From contig JAYWIR010000028.1 in the NCBI GenBank assembly GCA_036172245.1, positions 310,001-374,000 on the forward strand: a stretch of 64,000 bases of DNA, given 5' to 3'. A program made the translations under genes and the position numbers. This DNA comes from Raillietiella orientalis (taxonomy: Eukaryota). The notes beneath the pieces were generated by a model. It was not told where the DNA came from. It saw nothing but the letters and a program-made list of their open reading frames with translations, and searched no databases. Each line of letters begins with the position of its first letter. Position 1 is the stretch's first letter. Shown piece after piece: positions 1-14,265 of this stretch.

Positions 1-2644
1 CCCGATTTTCGCTAATTGCAAATCCTATTAAATGGTAATATTCGTAATGAAACTGTTGTAAGAGGTCTCCATTCGAACGTGAAAAAAATAAGCGTAGGCT
101 TAAAAAAAGAACCTCATCCGTTGAGGATGTCGAGGAATTTCTCGCTTCTTATAGTTTGTTACCTTGATTCGGTGAGGAGAGGAAAACGGCCAAAATTCGT
201 GGAAAGTCTCATCGTCGCTTGCAAATTTGCCACAGATGGCCACCACCAACCTGTGGACTCGAAAATCATCGCATTTATAAGATGCTTCCACTCGAAATTA
301 CCGTAAAGGGATTTGGCAATTCTGTTAAGGGCAGATTCCAATTTCTCATTCACGGATGAAATTTAGTGCAAGCTCTGCTTTCTTTTGTTCTCGGGATGAT
401 TCTTTGTAGCAGCCCTCATATATCTGGCGATGCGTAAGCCTTGAGGATTTTGTGTGTAAAAGTATATCGACCTCTACAGGAAGGAAACGGACGGACCGTA
501 CGAAAAGCCCTTGCCCGCTTTCGCAGGCAGCGTTCCGAGCAGGGGCGGCTGGGGCAGCACCGAGGTGGACGCACTTGAAAACGTCGAAGAATTTTGTATC
601 TTGTAGTGTGTGCGAAGCGTTCACCTCAGGCACGAATGGCTCGCCCTGCTGACGACCAGAGGCGCTTGACACGTTTGGACAGGAAAGGTTGCAGCCGCGT
701 GCATCCGGAACCTGGATGGACCAAAGATGGACAGAATTGGTCGGATCGTGCGGGGGCGAACCCGGGTCTGCTAACTGAGACCTGCACGAATCAGCGTAGG
801 CATTTTTACAGAAGACATTAGGGATTTTAATGCATCTGCGAAAAAACGGCTTTGCCCTCTCAGCCAATTTTTGTTTTTGTTTTTTTCCTTCTTCTTCCCC
901 GTTTAAGTTTCACGAAAGCCATTTGCAGCAATTTTGATCGCGCAATCCGAAATTTCGGATTAGCTTGCCTATAAATCAGTGGGAACTTGATGATTCGAGC
1001 ACAATGGGGAACAAAGGGGAAAAAACCCCATAGAAGTGCACTCTCGTTCATTCAAAAAAAATAAATAAATAAATAAAATAAAATCCTTGGGCTGGTACGT
1101 GACAGCAAACGCCTACTCGCGTTTCCGCAGAAGGTTCGCGTTTCTCTCGAAATGAAAAATTCTGCTTTGCCAGGAAGAGCATGTAGAAGAGGAACTTAAT
1201 CCCTGGAAAAATCTCGTTTTGATGGGAAAACATCTCTCAGGATTCGCGTTTCAATTTGCGTCTCCGCCTGTGTTCCACCGACCTCTGTCTCCGTGTCGGC
1301 GGGTGGATTGTGGCGTGGCGGAGAGTCGCATCTTCGGGAGGAAGGCTTTTCAAGGATGCTTCGTGGAATCCTGTGGACTTTTCTCATTCTGGAATCTTTA
1401 TTGACGGTCGATCAAGGTGAAATGATTTCGGGACATTGGATAAGGAGGAGCTTCGGTGCACACGTCACTCGAGCCGACGCGAGGAAAGCGGTGACCGCCT
1501 TTTACGGTTTGCTTTTTACGTAGGGTCGCCCCTTCACCGTATGCCTGAAGAGTTTTTGCGCTAATGTATTATCAATGTGCTTCTTATTAAGTGGATCCAT
1601 TCATCCGTATGTAACGCACGAAGCATTCATGTCTTTGGTTTTCCAATTGTGTGCATATAAATGTCTTTTTGTTTCTTCTCGACGTTTGCCCTCTTTAAAC
1701 TGATGGCGACTATTACAGGTTTCGCGGATGCTTTAGAAACATCCGTTTATAGCTCTTCTCTCTCTCTCTCTCTCTCCCCCCCCCTAACCCTCCCCCCCAC
1801 CTCCCTCAAAACACACACACACACGCCCAAGCAACAAACAGTGAGGTCGTCGTTGATGTGCACATTGACGCAAATTACTACATCTTATCGAAGATTTTGT
1901 TACAGTGAATTTATTAATCTTGCCAGTGCTTTTATTAGAACAAAAGTAAACATTGATAAACACTTTGCTTTTCATATCGAAGCAGGATTATAAGAATCCA
2001 AAAAAGGAGGAGGAGGAAAAGATTAGTAGGATTCACACGGCTGCAGTTCGAAACTTTGCTCGTAGATTTCTGGATTTGTGTCCTCGTCGAGGCAGCGATT
2101 TTTCCCCCAAAAAATTGCGACCTGGTGCGGCGTGCGTGTTTCCCTGCCCCTCTAGCTAGTGCTGGAAAGATCCCTCGCCACGCCCTGCGTCATGCAGAGT
2201 CCTCTCAGGCTCGGAAGGGAAGCTTCTTCCATCCTGGGGAGTCTCAAAAGATTAACAGAGCTCCGTTTCCTCGACAGACGGTGGAGCAGGAGTGTGCGTA
2301 GAGTTTTATTCCATTCTCACTCTTGCTTTCTTCAGTGGGGGTAGCAAGGGATACCTTCTCTCTCTGGACATCCGGAAGGGGAAATTTTTCTCCCCTCCTT
2401 CAGCTGATGGTTGATCAGCTGATCAAACTTTTCCCATAGGAAACTTGACCGTGCGTAAGGAACTCTCTCGGCTTTTGATCCACTGGCTATTTCGAAGAAG
2501 ACGCGTGAAACCTTGGTTCCATGTGAATGTCGGAGAAAAACTCTCGAGCACCGATTCTTCACTGATTGAGAACGTTCGCTCGCGTTTTTATTTTTATTTT
2601 TTTTTTTTTCCTGTTTACGTATGGATGTTTTTGTTTTTGTTTTT

Positions 2645-3712
2645 TCACTTATAGTGTGGCTGCATCTCCAACTCTTCAATGGGTATGTTGAATTCCTGAT
2701 CATCCACTACAGGAACTCCTTTGTTTGCGGGTCTTGCGGGAGTTCCGGGGTGGTGGGAATTCGGAACGACATTCGAAAATTCGGCGTCGTCGAAACAGGG
2801 AAGCACTTGTTTGAACTCTTTGCGGAAATTTTCATTCAGCCACGCGTAAAGGAAAGGATTGTAACACGTGGAACTCATTGCTATCGCATGTGCCGTGAAG
2901 AAGAAAGCGTTGAAATAAGTCCAGCTCCCTGCTGGGATGTGGATGTCGTTGATTAGATTGATAACGTTGACCGGCAACCAGGAAATGCCGAATATGGCGA
3001 CCATGGCGACCAGCATGCGATTCGTTCGTTTCTTCCTTTCCCTTTCGATTTCCTTTTTCGAACTCCGGGATCCAGGTTTGTTCTTGACTCTGTCACTTAG
3101 GTGGATTGAGATTTTCACGTACGCATATGTAATTATGATAAAAGGAATTATGAACTGAAGGATTACGGTGAGACCGCCGTAAAACTTTCTTCCAAACTCG
3201 GAGGGCCATTCCTCGTCGCAGAGAAACACATCAAACATTTTAAAATGGGTCATGAAGATCGAATACGGGAGAGTGAAGAATACGGCCACAATCCAGATGA
3301 GCACGATAATGAACCAACACGTCTTTATCTGCATCCGTGTCCTGAAGGGGTGCAGAATAACAAAGTACCTATCGACCGCTATGGATGTCAGAGTCAAAGA
3401 CGACACATACACACTGACTCCTTGAGTGAATGTGACAAGATGACACAAGGGTTTTCCAAACACCCATTCGTTCAGAAAGGAATACAGCGGTGTGAAAGGC
3501 ACTGCCAGAACACACAGCAAGATGTCAGCCAAAGCGAGGTTCATGATGAAAAAATTGGTGACAGTCTGCATGTTTCTGTTGCGGATGACCACGAAACAGA
3601 CGAGGACATTTCCGAAAATGCCCGTGACGAATATCGTGGTGTACACAAGATAAAAGACTCCTTGAAAACTGACAGAGTGGATGACGTCGAAAAATACTGT
3701 TGAATTGTTCAT
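2645..3712 (-). CDS. sNPFR: Class A neuropeptide GPCR, short neuropeptide F / prolactin-releasing peptide receptor family; single coding exon, 355 aa
   Basis: The ORF from MNNSTV (N-glycosylation site) has 7 hydrophobic segments with GN (TM1), NLALAD (TM2), DRY (TM3), an ECL2 Cys (CDEEW), SWLP (TM6) and CYNPFLYAWLNENFRKEFKQVLPC (TM7/helix 8), typical of sNPF/PrRP receptors. The upstream 77 aa of the listed ORF look non-coding. Confidence 0.9.
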   Translation of the reverse strand: MNNSTVFFDVIHSVSFQGVFYLVYTTIFVTGIFGNVLVCFVVIRNRNMQTVTNFFIMNLALADILLCVLAVPFTPLYSFLNEWVFGKPLCHLVTFTQGVSVYVSSLTLTSIAVDRYFVILHPFRTRMQIKTCWFIIVLIWIVAVFFTLPYSIFMTHFKMFDVFLCDEEWPSEFGRKFYGGLTVILQFIIPFIIITYAYVKISIHLSDRVKNKPGSRSSKKEIERERKKRTNRMLVAMVAIFGISWLPVNVINLINDIHIPAGSWTYFNAFFFTAHAIAMSSTCYNPFLYAWLNENFRKEFKQVLPCFDDAEFSNVVPNSHHPGTPARPANKGVPVVDDQEFNIPIEELEMQPHYK

Positions 3713-5429
3713 CCTTGCATCTGCAGCTTCTGAAACAGAAACCGTCAACAAACAGAACTCTTGGCGATCACGTCTGCGGGAGGCGCGTCTTCCCGATGAA
3801 GGGAACGCAAGCTGAGCCAAGCAAAAAATATTTCCTCTGCTTGCAATATTTACTTTGAGAGCATCGAAGAAGACCCAAGAAGCGCTGCGAACGATGCGAC
3901 CAAAGTTTTCCTCAGAAACGCCATCGAAGCAAAACGCCCGCAAGTCAGCCCTCCAGGATCCCCCTGATTACATTATTGCAGTGTAGTAGAAGTCGCAGTA
4001 GAATGTTATTGAAAAATCTGCCATCCGATACGGCGAGAAGACATTGCAAAGCATCTTCATGATGCATTTATTCCTTTCTTCTTCCATGCATTTTTTTTTC
4101 CTTTTCTCTCGTCCTGCTTCTTGAGAACACTGACTATTAGGCGTGATTAAGTACCTCAGCACTCATGTTAACGGATAGCGTTCCGAGTTCCTGGAGAGAA
4201 ATGGGTAGCCGGTTCCTCTAGCATGCGAGTGAAGTAAAATGGGCATTAAGCTCGTGGGTATGTATTTTTGAGGGTTCCAAATGCTATGGATATGAAAGGT
4301 CAAGCTTTGGATTGCAGCGCAGACCATCATCAAGTTAAGTGTTTCAAACGCTCCAATTACCCCCTTCGCTTGTGACACAAATGACATGATAAATGTTCTG
4401 CGTGTTCGTTTGCAGACGAAACTCCTCCGAGTTCAGGAAACTGCGTCAGCGTGAGGAGTCTTCCCCCAGAGGGTCGACCTTGTTTCCTCCGTCGCTTTCA
4501 TATGGTAAGTGCGCGAACGCTGCAATCTATTCATGCAATTTCAAGAAGCTGTTGTGACTGAGGAATAATTAATCATCCTCGGAGTGTGTGGGGAGCAGGA
4601 ACATAATTAAGCGGGCATTCGTTTGGGAGGTACTTCTCAATTTTTGTAATAGGGTTACGGCTTTGGTGAGATCGATTAAGCCGGTCGGCCACTGACTGTT
4701 GCTCCCAGGTGTGCTCCCAGGTGCTTGCTGCTCACCCAAGACTTTCGGGGACGCTTCCGCGGAGGTGGGTCGGGACCCGAGAAAGGTTCCTGGCAGATTC
4801 GGGCGGCAATGTGTTCGTTAGCTTGTTCTTCGAGCTGAGTTTGTCGTCACGCGGACAAGTCACCGTTGCTTCCGAGACTCGTCTCGTCACACGCTCAGGG
4901 GTCGACGGATGAGTTGTTTATTGCGCTCCCGGCGCTCGGCGGGGGCAGCTAGCAACGTCCGTCGCGCTTCCTCCTTTGGAAAAAACGGACACTTTTCTTG
5001 GAGGACGGATGTCCCGCACAGTGGGTCTCCGAATGGATCCGGAAAGGCCGAACCGTGCACGTCCACGAGCACGAGGAAAACGTCTTTGAAAGATGCAGGG
5101 AAGGGAGGAACGCAGGTTCAACGTTTGCATGCCCACGAGAGACGCCACACGCGCTCGCTCTCTCGCTCGCCAGGTAGAGCGCGAAAAAAAAAAGGCGCAG
5201 GATTGATGTACTGTTCTTCAGATGCCAATCGCAATCAGGATTTGCTTCACGGTACATCGGAATGCTGGAATAAGAGAAAGGCTGCCGTTCGTGCTTGCTC
5301 GGAGCTGCTTAGGTACTGCTCCGTTTCCAGGGGGAAAAAAAAAAAAAAAAATCTTCGCAAATCATTGATACAGAAAATAATTTTAATGCTTGCTCTCCTG
5401 TTTGACGGGGAAAGAGTCTGGGGACTGTG

Positions 5430-8400
5430 ATTACCCCATCTGTCGAGGAAGCTATCCCGAATGCGTGAGTGCGGGGTGATCGACCAGGACCGGAGGCTGG
5501 CGTCCCGAAAGCGACAACAGGTGCCCTGCCAAAGTGAAGGATCTGGACGGTCGCAGAGGGCGCAATCCATGCGCAGCCTCCGGGGAATGGAAACGGGGAG
5601 GTCGTTGGTGCCGTGCGGAAGCTGCGGAACTGGAGAGTCTGGAAACCGCAGGACTGCTGCGACCATCGCCGGATCATCTGTTACTGCCGTCGTTGGAGCG
5701 TACAGGAAAAGCGAACGAAGGGGACGAAACCGAGGGACGCCGGATCTGCGAGATCCCCGATCCTGTTTTCTCACCCGGGAAGAGCAACGATCCTCCTAGA
5801 TGGGGAGTGGCACCTCTCGGAGTGAGGTTCTTCGAAACGGAAGGGATCCCCCGATGTGCGAGTGGGAGATGACGGCGAAGGACCGCTTTTCTCCTGTCGG
5901 TGTCTTCGGCGTTGGGACAAAGTCTCGGGTTCGACGCCTACCTCCCGGAACCCTCCAGGATCCCTCACAGCTCTCGTGGGCGTAAAAATATGCCCTTTGG
6001 CGACTCCCGGTTCTCAGGGAAGAGAATGCGCGCGGGTTCGCTCCTAACGGAGGCGGATGGCTCTCCCGCAGCTGTCTGCTTTTAATCTGCCCTTACCCGG
6101 AGCTGTGCGGCGACCGCTCCGCCGCCTTTGCGGGTACTAGCAGCGAGGGGGGAGGCCTAGGCCGTCCACCCGCGGTCCCTCCGACGGGAGCTTCCCAGGG
6201 GGGCAAGAGCAGGAGGAAAGAAAAGGGTTCCTTTCTCTCAGCCCGCCGGAGAGGGGAGGAAACTACAGAGTGCGTTTGATGGAAGGGGCGGAAGCCCGTA
6301 GCTCCTCGGCGCGAGATGGCGCTCATTCGAGCGCCCAAGGGGACAAGGTCGCTTCCAGGACAAGACGCACACGCGTCGGCTCGCCCCTAGGACTCGACCG
6401 CTGTTCATTTTGTCGCAGCTGTCAAACCGGTGTGTGGTGCCTAAGAAGGCGGCAGAACGCGAGAGCTCTGCTATGGGGATCCCCAAGGAGCAAACGAACC
6501 TCCTCCTAGGACACACACCCTGCTGGTCAGGGATCTCTCCTTCCTTCCGAGCATCTGGACACGGGAGCCGCGCACCGAGCCGAAGGATTCCTCCGGGATC
6601 GTTCGGAGAGGAACGCGCGCTCCTCAGTATCTTCTCAGGATGCATCTTCCCTGGAGTCCGCGTCGCATTTTGTAACTCAGAGGGAAGAAAGATCGTGCCT
6701 CGCTCAGCATCTAGGGCGCCGTGAACGCCTCCGATCCCGAGGAGAAGTGCTCCACCCCTCCGTCTCGTCCTTCCGCGCCACTGGCCTGCCTATCCCGGAG
6801 TTCCGGGATTCGCCACCAAAAAGTCCCACTTGGAACCGAGGCAGGAGCTCTCGTCAGGCTGCCCGCGGGACAAATTTCGCCGTCCGCCCATGGAGGCCTT
6901 TCATGTAGACGAGCGAGCCGTGTCCCCGCAGGCTCGCAGCTTCGGAACCCTCTCCTCTTCCCATCTGACACGGGGAAGGTGCGCTCACCTCTCAGAGTGG
7001 TACCTCCCGTGGCAGCAGCCCCGGGAGGGCGCGCGCTGTCGGCCCTGCTCTCCCGTCGGCGTCTCCCTCTTTCCGACTTCCTCTCCTGCCCTTCCGTGGC
7101 TCGGCGAGGCGCTCCTGATGGGGTCTTGTGGCACGCTGAGGTCGATCGCTCCTAAGGTCGACTCGAGGCGTAGCTCCCGCCCCGTCCTCCTCTACTCTTC
7201 AGCTCTCTCTTCGAGGAGGATCCGTCGGATGAGCGGCGGGTCCCACGCCTGGGAGGCACCACGCCCCGCCCCCTCTCGCGAGAAGACAATGTCTCCTTGA
7301 GGCGATCTGCAGGCGGGCGGCGGGGAGTCGGCCGATTCCACGCGACGCCCGGACGCCTGCTTCTCTCCGACGGATCCTTCCACTCCCAATCCCGGGGATG
7401 CTGCGTCTGGCCGCGCACACCGTTGGTGCCGTGCGCTCCCCCGCAGTCGGAGCCTCCGAGGGCGCGCGGCCTCTGGAGAAACCTTCACAAGGAAGGCGGA
7501 CGCTCTCGCGGGGCAGCGCTTCCTCCCCCCCCCCTCCTTCCCCTCACCCCCCCGACTTCCCTTGGCCCCCGCATGCGCGCGCGCGCGTACTGTACCCGCA
7601 TCCCGCGAACAGGAAAAGCACTTCCTGACGCTATCCCGTGTGGTCCTCGGTCTCTTACGTCCTCGTCCTCTTCGCTAGGGGGTCCTCGGGAGGCGGGCGC
7701 TCGGCGTCGCAACGAGCAGCTTCTCCTCAGGAGTCGTCCGGAACATCCCGTCCCGCGGATACATGCGGGCGGCGGCGGCGGCAGCGGCTGGCGAAGAGCA
7801 GGAAGAAGGACTCCGGGAAGCAGGAGGGATGGGGGGTGAAGGGGAGGGAGGGAGGGGCAGGAGGGAGTGGAGGAGGAGGAGGACCGAAGGGGGGGGGAGA
7901 AAAAAAAAAAGCCGCGAAGAAGGAACGGATCGGCGCGGTTGCCCACGGAAACGGGAAACTGTTGCACGGCTACGCTCCTCCCGTTTTATACCCCGTCCCG
8001 CTTCGGCAGGGACATGCTCAGTCCCCACAACGGAGGACTCCACGCGCGCTGCGCCGGGAAAGTCTCCTGTCGGGAGACAGGCGCGCCAGAGAACGGGATA
8101 GGGGAGGAGGGAAGGGAAGCTACTGGCAAACGTGTTTTGAGGGCTCTGGATCCCCACCTCGTTGCCACGGAGCTTCCCCGCGAGTCCCCCGCCGCCCGTC
8201 GAACGATCCCGAGGGACGATCTCCTGCTGCCCTTGGCGACCCGACCGGGAGTGAGGTTGGAAGGGGCGATCGCACCCGGCGGCGGCAGCAACGAGAGACC
8301 CGACGGGAACCTGCCCCTCTTCCCGGAATGCATCTACCTACGCAGTCCCCATTTTCAGGGAGCAGGAAGAGGAGGAAGCGAGGAGAATGGCAGTGTCCCT

Positions 8401-11200
8401 TGGGATCCCACTCGGCGGGACAGGAGTCTCCTCCTCCAGCGCAAGAAAGGCGGAGGTCCGAGATAAAGGAATGAAGGGCGGTCCTTTCCCCCCATCCCCT
8501 GCTTGAGGACCCTCTTTCGGCGCGGTGTCTCTTCCTGAACCTGGCAGCTCGTGGCACCGGCCCCGCTATGGACTTTCCTGTCTTCCCTCCTGCCCGCTTC
8601 CAGACTAGGGACTTCCAGAGTTGCGAGAAGACGGCTGTAGATCCCTCCCCCCTTCCCCCCGCGAGACCTGCCCGTAAGGACACGGGGAGGAAGCGGGCAT
8701 CACGCGAGTCTTCCGGAGCCGTACAGATCTCTCGTGCAGGAGGCGAGGGGAGGTGGGTTGCCTTGGGAAGGAGCGTGCCATCCTCCAGGAAAGAGCCGGA
8801 AAGCTTCCGGAGGTGCTTCCGGGCTGCGTGCTTGCCGGGAACGACGGGCCGGGGGGATGCCGACCGTCGTGCCCACGGCGAGGCGAGCGCGGGGCCGCTC
8901 CGAGTAGGGGAGCACGGCGCGGAAGCACGCGATGCGGGAAGATCCACCCGACATGCCGTCACTAGGTCCGGGTCTTTTCCCCTTCCTCCCGGTCCAGGGC
9001 TGCGCACGTAGCCTCGGCAGCTCTTGCGATACATTCCTGCCACCGTAAAGATCGACAAGGCGGCGTCACGGCCAACAAAGGGAGGTCACATCAACAATAT
9101 AGGCAGCATCAGGTGGTGTGTTTCCGCCCCCACGCGGACAATCCGCACCCGCGAGCATCGCCCGCTCCCGTGGAGACGTTGTGACGCCCAGAAAGGTCTC
9201 CCGCCTTGCGTTTTCCTTTCGGAAGGACGCCGGGAGAGCTTCAGGAGCGATTCCGCACGTCGCTCTCTTCCCCTCGCGTACGAGCGGGCGACGTTGGCAA
9301 AGAAGATTGGAGGAGGAGGGGGCGGGGGGTTTGCTCCGCCGCCGCCTCCGCCGCTGCTCCGCTGCCGCAGATGCAGCAGCAGCAGCAGCAGCATCTGCGA
9401 ATGCTGCGTTGCATCGCGGCGAGCAGGTGGCAGGAAGATTTCAGCGTTCACCCGCTCCTCAGAGGTCTTCCCTCCCAGCAAGCCACGTATCGCCCCCGCC
9501 CTACCTTCGCCGCTCTCCGAGAAGCCTGGGGTCGGTGCGACGACTTGCTCCGTGCCCCTGGCAGCTTCTCTGCCGGAAGAGCGCTTCTTTCGAGGGAGGA
9601 GGAGATTTCATGGACGCCTTTCCCGTCAGATTTCCGCCCGCGGAGCGCTCGTCGTCTTGGCAGCGCACCACGCTTCTTCTCGTTGTCCCGAATATCCTCA
9701 GCGTGTTTCAATCTCTTCTCGGGGCCAGGTGCACCGCGTTCTCTCCCAGGCGCGATCGTTGCACGAGTTGATTCCTGCTGGGGAAGAGGCGGCGGATGCC
9801 TCCGGTGGGCGCGCAGCCTTGCCCCCCTCAAAGACGGGGATTTCTCTGCGCGGAAGAAAACCTAGGAAGGTGGAATTCCAGGAGACCGACCTCCACCACG
9901 CGGGATGTGCGTTTCGTTTGTCCTGGTCCTGGGAGCACCTTCCTCGTCTTCCTCCTTCTCAACGCTTCATTGGTAGGCGCAAGTAGATATGGGAGGTGAT
10001 CGAGGAGCCAGCACCACCCACCTCATCAGCTCGCGCGGTAGGCGTGCGTACGAAGCGACCGAGACGGCGTGCACCGTCTTGCGCCTCCGGTCTTGAGGCA
10101 GCAGGAGCCGACTGGCCGCCCAAGCACGGCGGTCGGAAGGTCTGCCCGCAAAGGACCGTTAGCAGTCTGGTTGCGCAAAGAAGCATTCTGAATCTCCTGC
10201 AAGCAAGAGCCACTCTTCGGCAGATGCAGTCCTTCCGTCCAGAAGTCGTGGAAAATCCTTGGGAGACCCATCCTCCCAGAATCATCTCTTCCGAGATCCA
10301 CTCTCGGCTGACCAAGGCAGTTCTTTTCACTGATGGGCTATTTAGGTAAGAAATTTTATCCCAAGCGCGAAATAAAGCGAAGGTCAGCTTGGTGGAATCC
10401 CTGCGCAACAACACCAGCAGACACCTGGAGGTCAGAACGCTCCCTGAGGCCTTCTAAGATGTAACAAGGTGCAACCGCGTTCAAACAAACTGCTAGATCC
10501 AGAAAGTTCTCCCACAGAGTGAGGGGCCGTGGATACCCCAACGATGGAGCGAACAGTGCACGCGGCTCGTCCATGTTGTCGGCAAGACATTCGGCAGCTG
10601 GACCAGCGGCAGCAGGCGTACCCCTGGCCCAGATGCGTAGAAATTCTCCGGAAGCAAAGGTAAGAGGATCCCCAGAACTGAGTGGTCTCGGTTCCGTGAT
10701 GCGGAAGACCCCACCTGGCCTGATGCTGCTGACTCTCGCGCAAGAAACGAGGAGAGGAGCTGCAGACTTGACTGACTGGAGCCGCTGTCGTGACCTACTG
10801 AGACCACGCGCAAGAAGCTCGGAATGGGATCGAGTTCCCACCATTGGTGATACACGGGTTATCGAGAGGAGGAACATGGGAGAGAAGTCGTTGAGGCTAG
10901 TGACGCGTGACCGTCGCCCATCAGGAACAAAGAAGCACCCGTGAGCAGAGTGCGCTCTACGAAAGCACCTGCCGCGCTTACCCTGTCAGCGAGGAGAGTT
11001 TCGGTAGTTCGGAGCCTGGGAACAGGCGGTGCGCTGGATGGACACGAGCAGTCGTTCGCTGCTGCACGTTTCCAGGCCCTAATTTCTCCCCTCACGTTGC
11101 AAAAGTCTGCAAAATTCAGCCCTGGAAAGGATTTCCCATCCCCCCACACCCACGCGAGCGAGCTGTGAGCTTGAGAAATAGGAAAACGCCTCAGGTCCCA
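5430..11200 (-). mobile_element. Heavily decayed non-LTR retrotransposon-like remnants (uncertain)
   Basis: GC-rich with no coherent ORF. Scattered peptides resemble L1-type ORF2 pieces: GTFWWRIP near 6800 (post-endonuclease linker) and DSFLDRWG near 5440 (C-terminus). Boundaries are approximate. Confidence 0.25.
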
Positions 11201-11388
11201 TCCCTCGTCGATCGTGCTGTCTGGACACGCTATTGCCGCCGTCGCAGAGCCATCCTTGGAGACTTTAGCGTCACACACCGTGGAACATCGTCAACTCGCG
11301 AGATCGCGCGGAAGTTGATGCAGTGCGGTCTTTGCGAGCGACGTCCTCTGAACATTTCCAGAACAAGAGGCGTCGTGCAACTCGTGCT

Positions 11389-11393
<5 letters not shown>

Positions 11394-11437
<44 letters not shown>
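11394..11437. repeat. (CA)n microsatellite
   Basis: Pure CA run of about 22 units, read directly. Confidence 0.95.
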
Positions 11438-11440
<3 letters not shown>

Positions 11441-13479
11441 CAACAGCAATTTCGGTTTCGGAGGTTCCGGTCCCCAAATCGGCTCTTCTCCGCATTCTCC
11501 GTGGCTCCTTTCTCGTTTTCCCTCGAATTTCCTCCCACGGAGCTCTCGTTGTCTTGACAACTCGCCACGCTTTTCGGCATCGCGCCGTGGGTCGTGGCAT
11601 CCACGCACCACCGTCAGGTTGCACGGACGCGTCTCGGACCGGTACGCGCATCCGCCAACGGACACGGAAGCGTCGCACGTCAACCAGGAAGAGGGAAACT
11701 GCAGTCGAAAAAAATCCCGCAAGCTTGTGTTCCAGCGTGGACGGAAACACCCCCGTGCACAGGTGTTTGCGTACGCGCTTGCATTGCGCTCGTGACGGCC
11801 GTCCGACTCCGACGGCCGCAGACGATCCTTTCAAAGGAACGCCATCGTAGCCAACGTGCTGGAGGCGCCTCGTCACTTACGGACCGGCAGCGAGCGACCA
11901 CGGGACCCGTCTTGCGCACGTGGCAGAACTCGCGTTCCAATCATCCAGCTCTGCAGCGGTGAGCTTGTGCCTGGTAACGCCTCTCCGCCTCGCATCGGAG
12001 GCTGCCGCAGCGAGGGAAGGCGCTGGCCGCCGCCCCGCGGAACCTTCCTCTCAAAGAGGACGAAGCCGTGGAGGAAAAGGTCAAAAGGAAGGCTCGCTTG
12101 AGTTTGGGCTGGCGAGAGCGGCGGAAGGCGGCGGCCAGAGGGGCGCGCGCTTCGCAGGCAACGCAGAGGTGGCTGACGCTTAAGACGCGGGTCATCCCGC
12201 GGTCCGCTGAGACCGCCGCTATCCCGAATCAACCCGGAGACCGCATCAAAGTCTCTCTTCCAAGCATCTCAGGATTTTCCAAAGGAAAGAACTTTAAGGG
12301 ACGCTTGCTCTTTGGCAAGTGTCCAGCTCTACTGTCCTCTGAATTCTTTACAGATTCATGTGATGCCGTCCTCCGTGTCCGATGAAAAATAGCTTGAGAT
12401 GAAATCAGCGGTTACCGTTTCTCCAGGAAACGGAATCTGGAAGCAAATGATGATCTCAGAGCGGAATCTTTCCAAAAGGAAGAGATGAATGGGTCGGAAC
12501 GATGTGGTTCCTACGCAGGGTTACTCTCCGGGAAAGTTGGAAGGGGGGGGGGGAGAGATCGCTCTACTTTGCGAGAAACGCATTCAGGAGACAAAATGGA
12601 GCAGACGCTGCGGAACGCATCAATGGGTAAAGAGGATGCACGCTGAACACAAACACTTTCTGGACTTTCGAGCATGTTCACACACGGAGAGGGAAGAACA
12701 GAATGCGAGATGTTCTGAGAGATGGAAAGTGAGGGAAAAAAAGAGCCGATGAAAATCATTTATGGAGGCTTAATTTACTCTGAATGGGGATGTGCAGGAT
12801 ACTGCGTAGGAGCAGGGAAAGGGGGGGAGGGGGAGGGTAGGAAGGAAGACCGCACAGCAAGAGTGCCTCAAAGGCGTTCACGGTTCCGCCGCGATTCAAA
12901 GCAGTTCCCTTAATCGAGGAAACCATTCATTTATTCGGAAATTCCGCTCATTTCCTCGAATCATATCTCTTCACAATTGGCTTTAACGTGTAAAAAATTA
13001 TCTGTCCAAGTCGCAAATGAACAGATAATTTTTTGAATGTCCCCTCCTTTCCTCCTTCACAAGACAAATATTCAAGGATCTCGCGTTCTGAACGCAATCT
13101 CGAGGAAGAGTGATGCGAAAAGCATCTTTCGGGAAATTCGTGGCTCGTCCGAGGAAAGCGCGCTCGGACGGTACAGCAGGTCGGAGGGAGATTTTTCGCG
13201 GCGATGCATTTGAAGAGGTTTATCCAGATCGTAGTTTCGCCAAACAAACAAACAAAAGGGCGAGAGGATTCCGCTGGCCGGAGGGGACGCAAAAACCCTG
13301 CCCCGAGCACAATTCGTCCCGCCGATGCAAACTCTCCGCAAGCATGGTGGAGGGGGGGCACGGTGCCATGGGTGCTTCCCGGAAGTAGGTAAAGTGCATC
13401 TTTGCTTCGTGTGAGCGTTCATCAGCGGTGCCAGGAGAGGCGCGGCAACAGAAAGAGCTACTGTCGATGACTGGCTCTC

Positions 13480-13800
13480 CGGTTCGTCTCCTGAGGAGCG
13501 CCCGCGAGAGGTGATCGTCTTGGAGAACCCTCATCTGCGGAGCAGCGAGGCGAGCAGAAAGAGTGGGGGTCATCCCAAAGAGACGAGCGGTGTCTATTCG
13601 AGAGGGATGTGCTTGTCTGGATGTTACCCGGGGAGCAGCATCGGACGGGGTCACCTCACGTACTGAAAGGAACCCTTTGAAGCGTCGCGACGCATCCACT
13701 CCGTTCGTCTGCAGACAACGGAGGAATTCCGATATCGCGGAGGGAGCCTCACTGGCGGGAAGCGCGGGGGGAGAAGAGTTAGGTCGCAGGGACTCTGCGG
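13480..13800 (-). mobile_element. Degenerate APE-endonuclease fragment of an L1/Tx1-like LINE
   Basis: The minus-strand peptide FKGFLS...APRVT...SRID...DDHL matches the order of EN motifs T..SRID..SDH. It is similar at DNA level to 15700-15790. Confidence 0.5.
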
Positions 13801-14265
13801 CCTAAGACGACCTGGGAGAAGCACCCTGCTTCCACGAGTCGCGCTGCCTCCGAATCAACTGGAATTCAGGGATTTCGCATGATGTTCCGGGAGGAACCTA
13901 ATGAGGCCCTTATGTACACTGAGACATTATAATTTTCTGGGGAAGGGTAGAAAGATCCAAGGAGACCATTCTCAGATGAAAAAAAAAAAAAAAAAATGGA
14001 AGCGCGTGTGTTTTGGTGAACTCAGAACGCAGTGCTCGGGCAAAACGCAGTACTCGGTGGGGATGCTAGCGTAAATGGCCTCGATGAGCCAAGGGTCCTC
14101 TTTGTAAAAAATTAGGCTTCAGGGTGAGAAAAGCGAGTCGGAACCAGAAATGAGCATTTCTTGTTCCGAATGGCATCGTGGCGGCCACTTTTTGTGGTCC
14201 CTGTGCGCCAACCGCCACGTACACGTCTACGTGTGGTGCCCACGACTTGGATCGGAAATTTCGAT

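Noticed and set aside
3713..3943. 77-aa N-terminal extension of the GPCR ORF
   Set aside because: It starts at a non-ATG codon, has no receptor-like features, and acceptor-like CAGs lie just upstream of the MNNST ATG.
7297..9986. Long overlapping ORFs (200-320 aa) on both strands
   Set aside because: These are low-complexity Arg/Gly/Pro/Ser frames expected in GC-rich DNA, with no recognisable domain.
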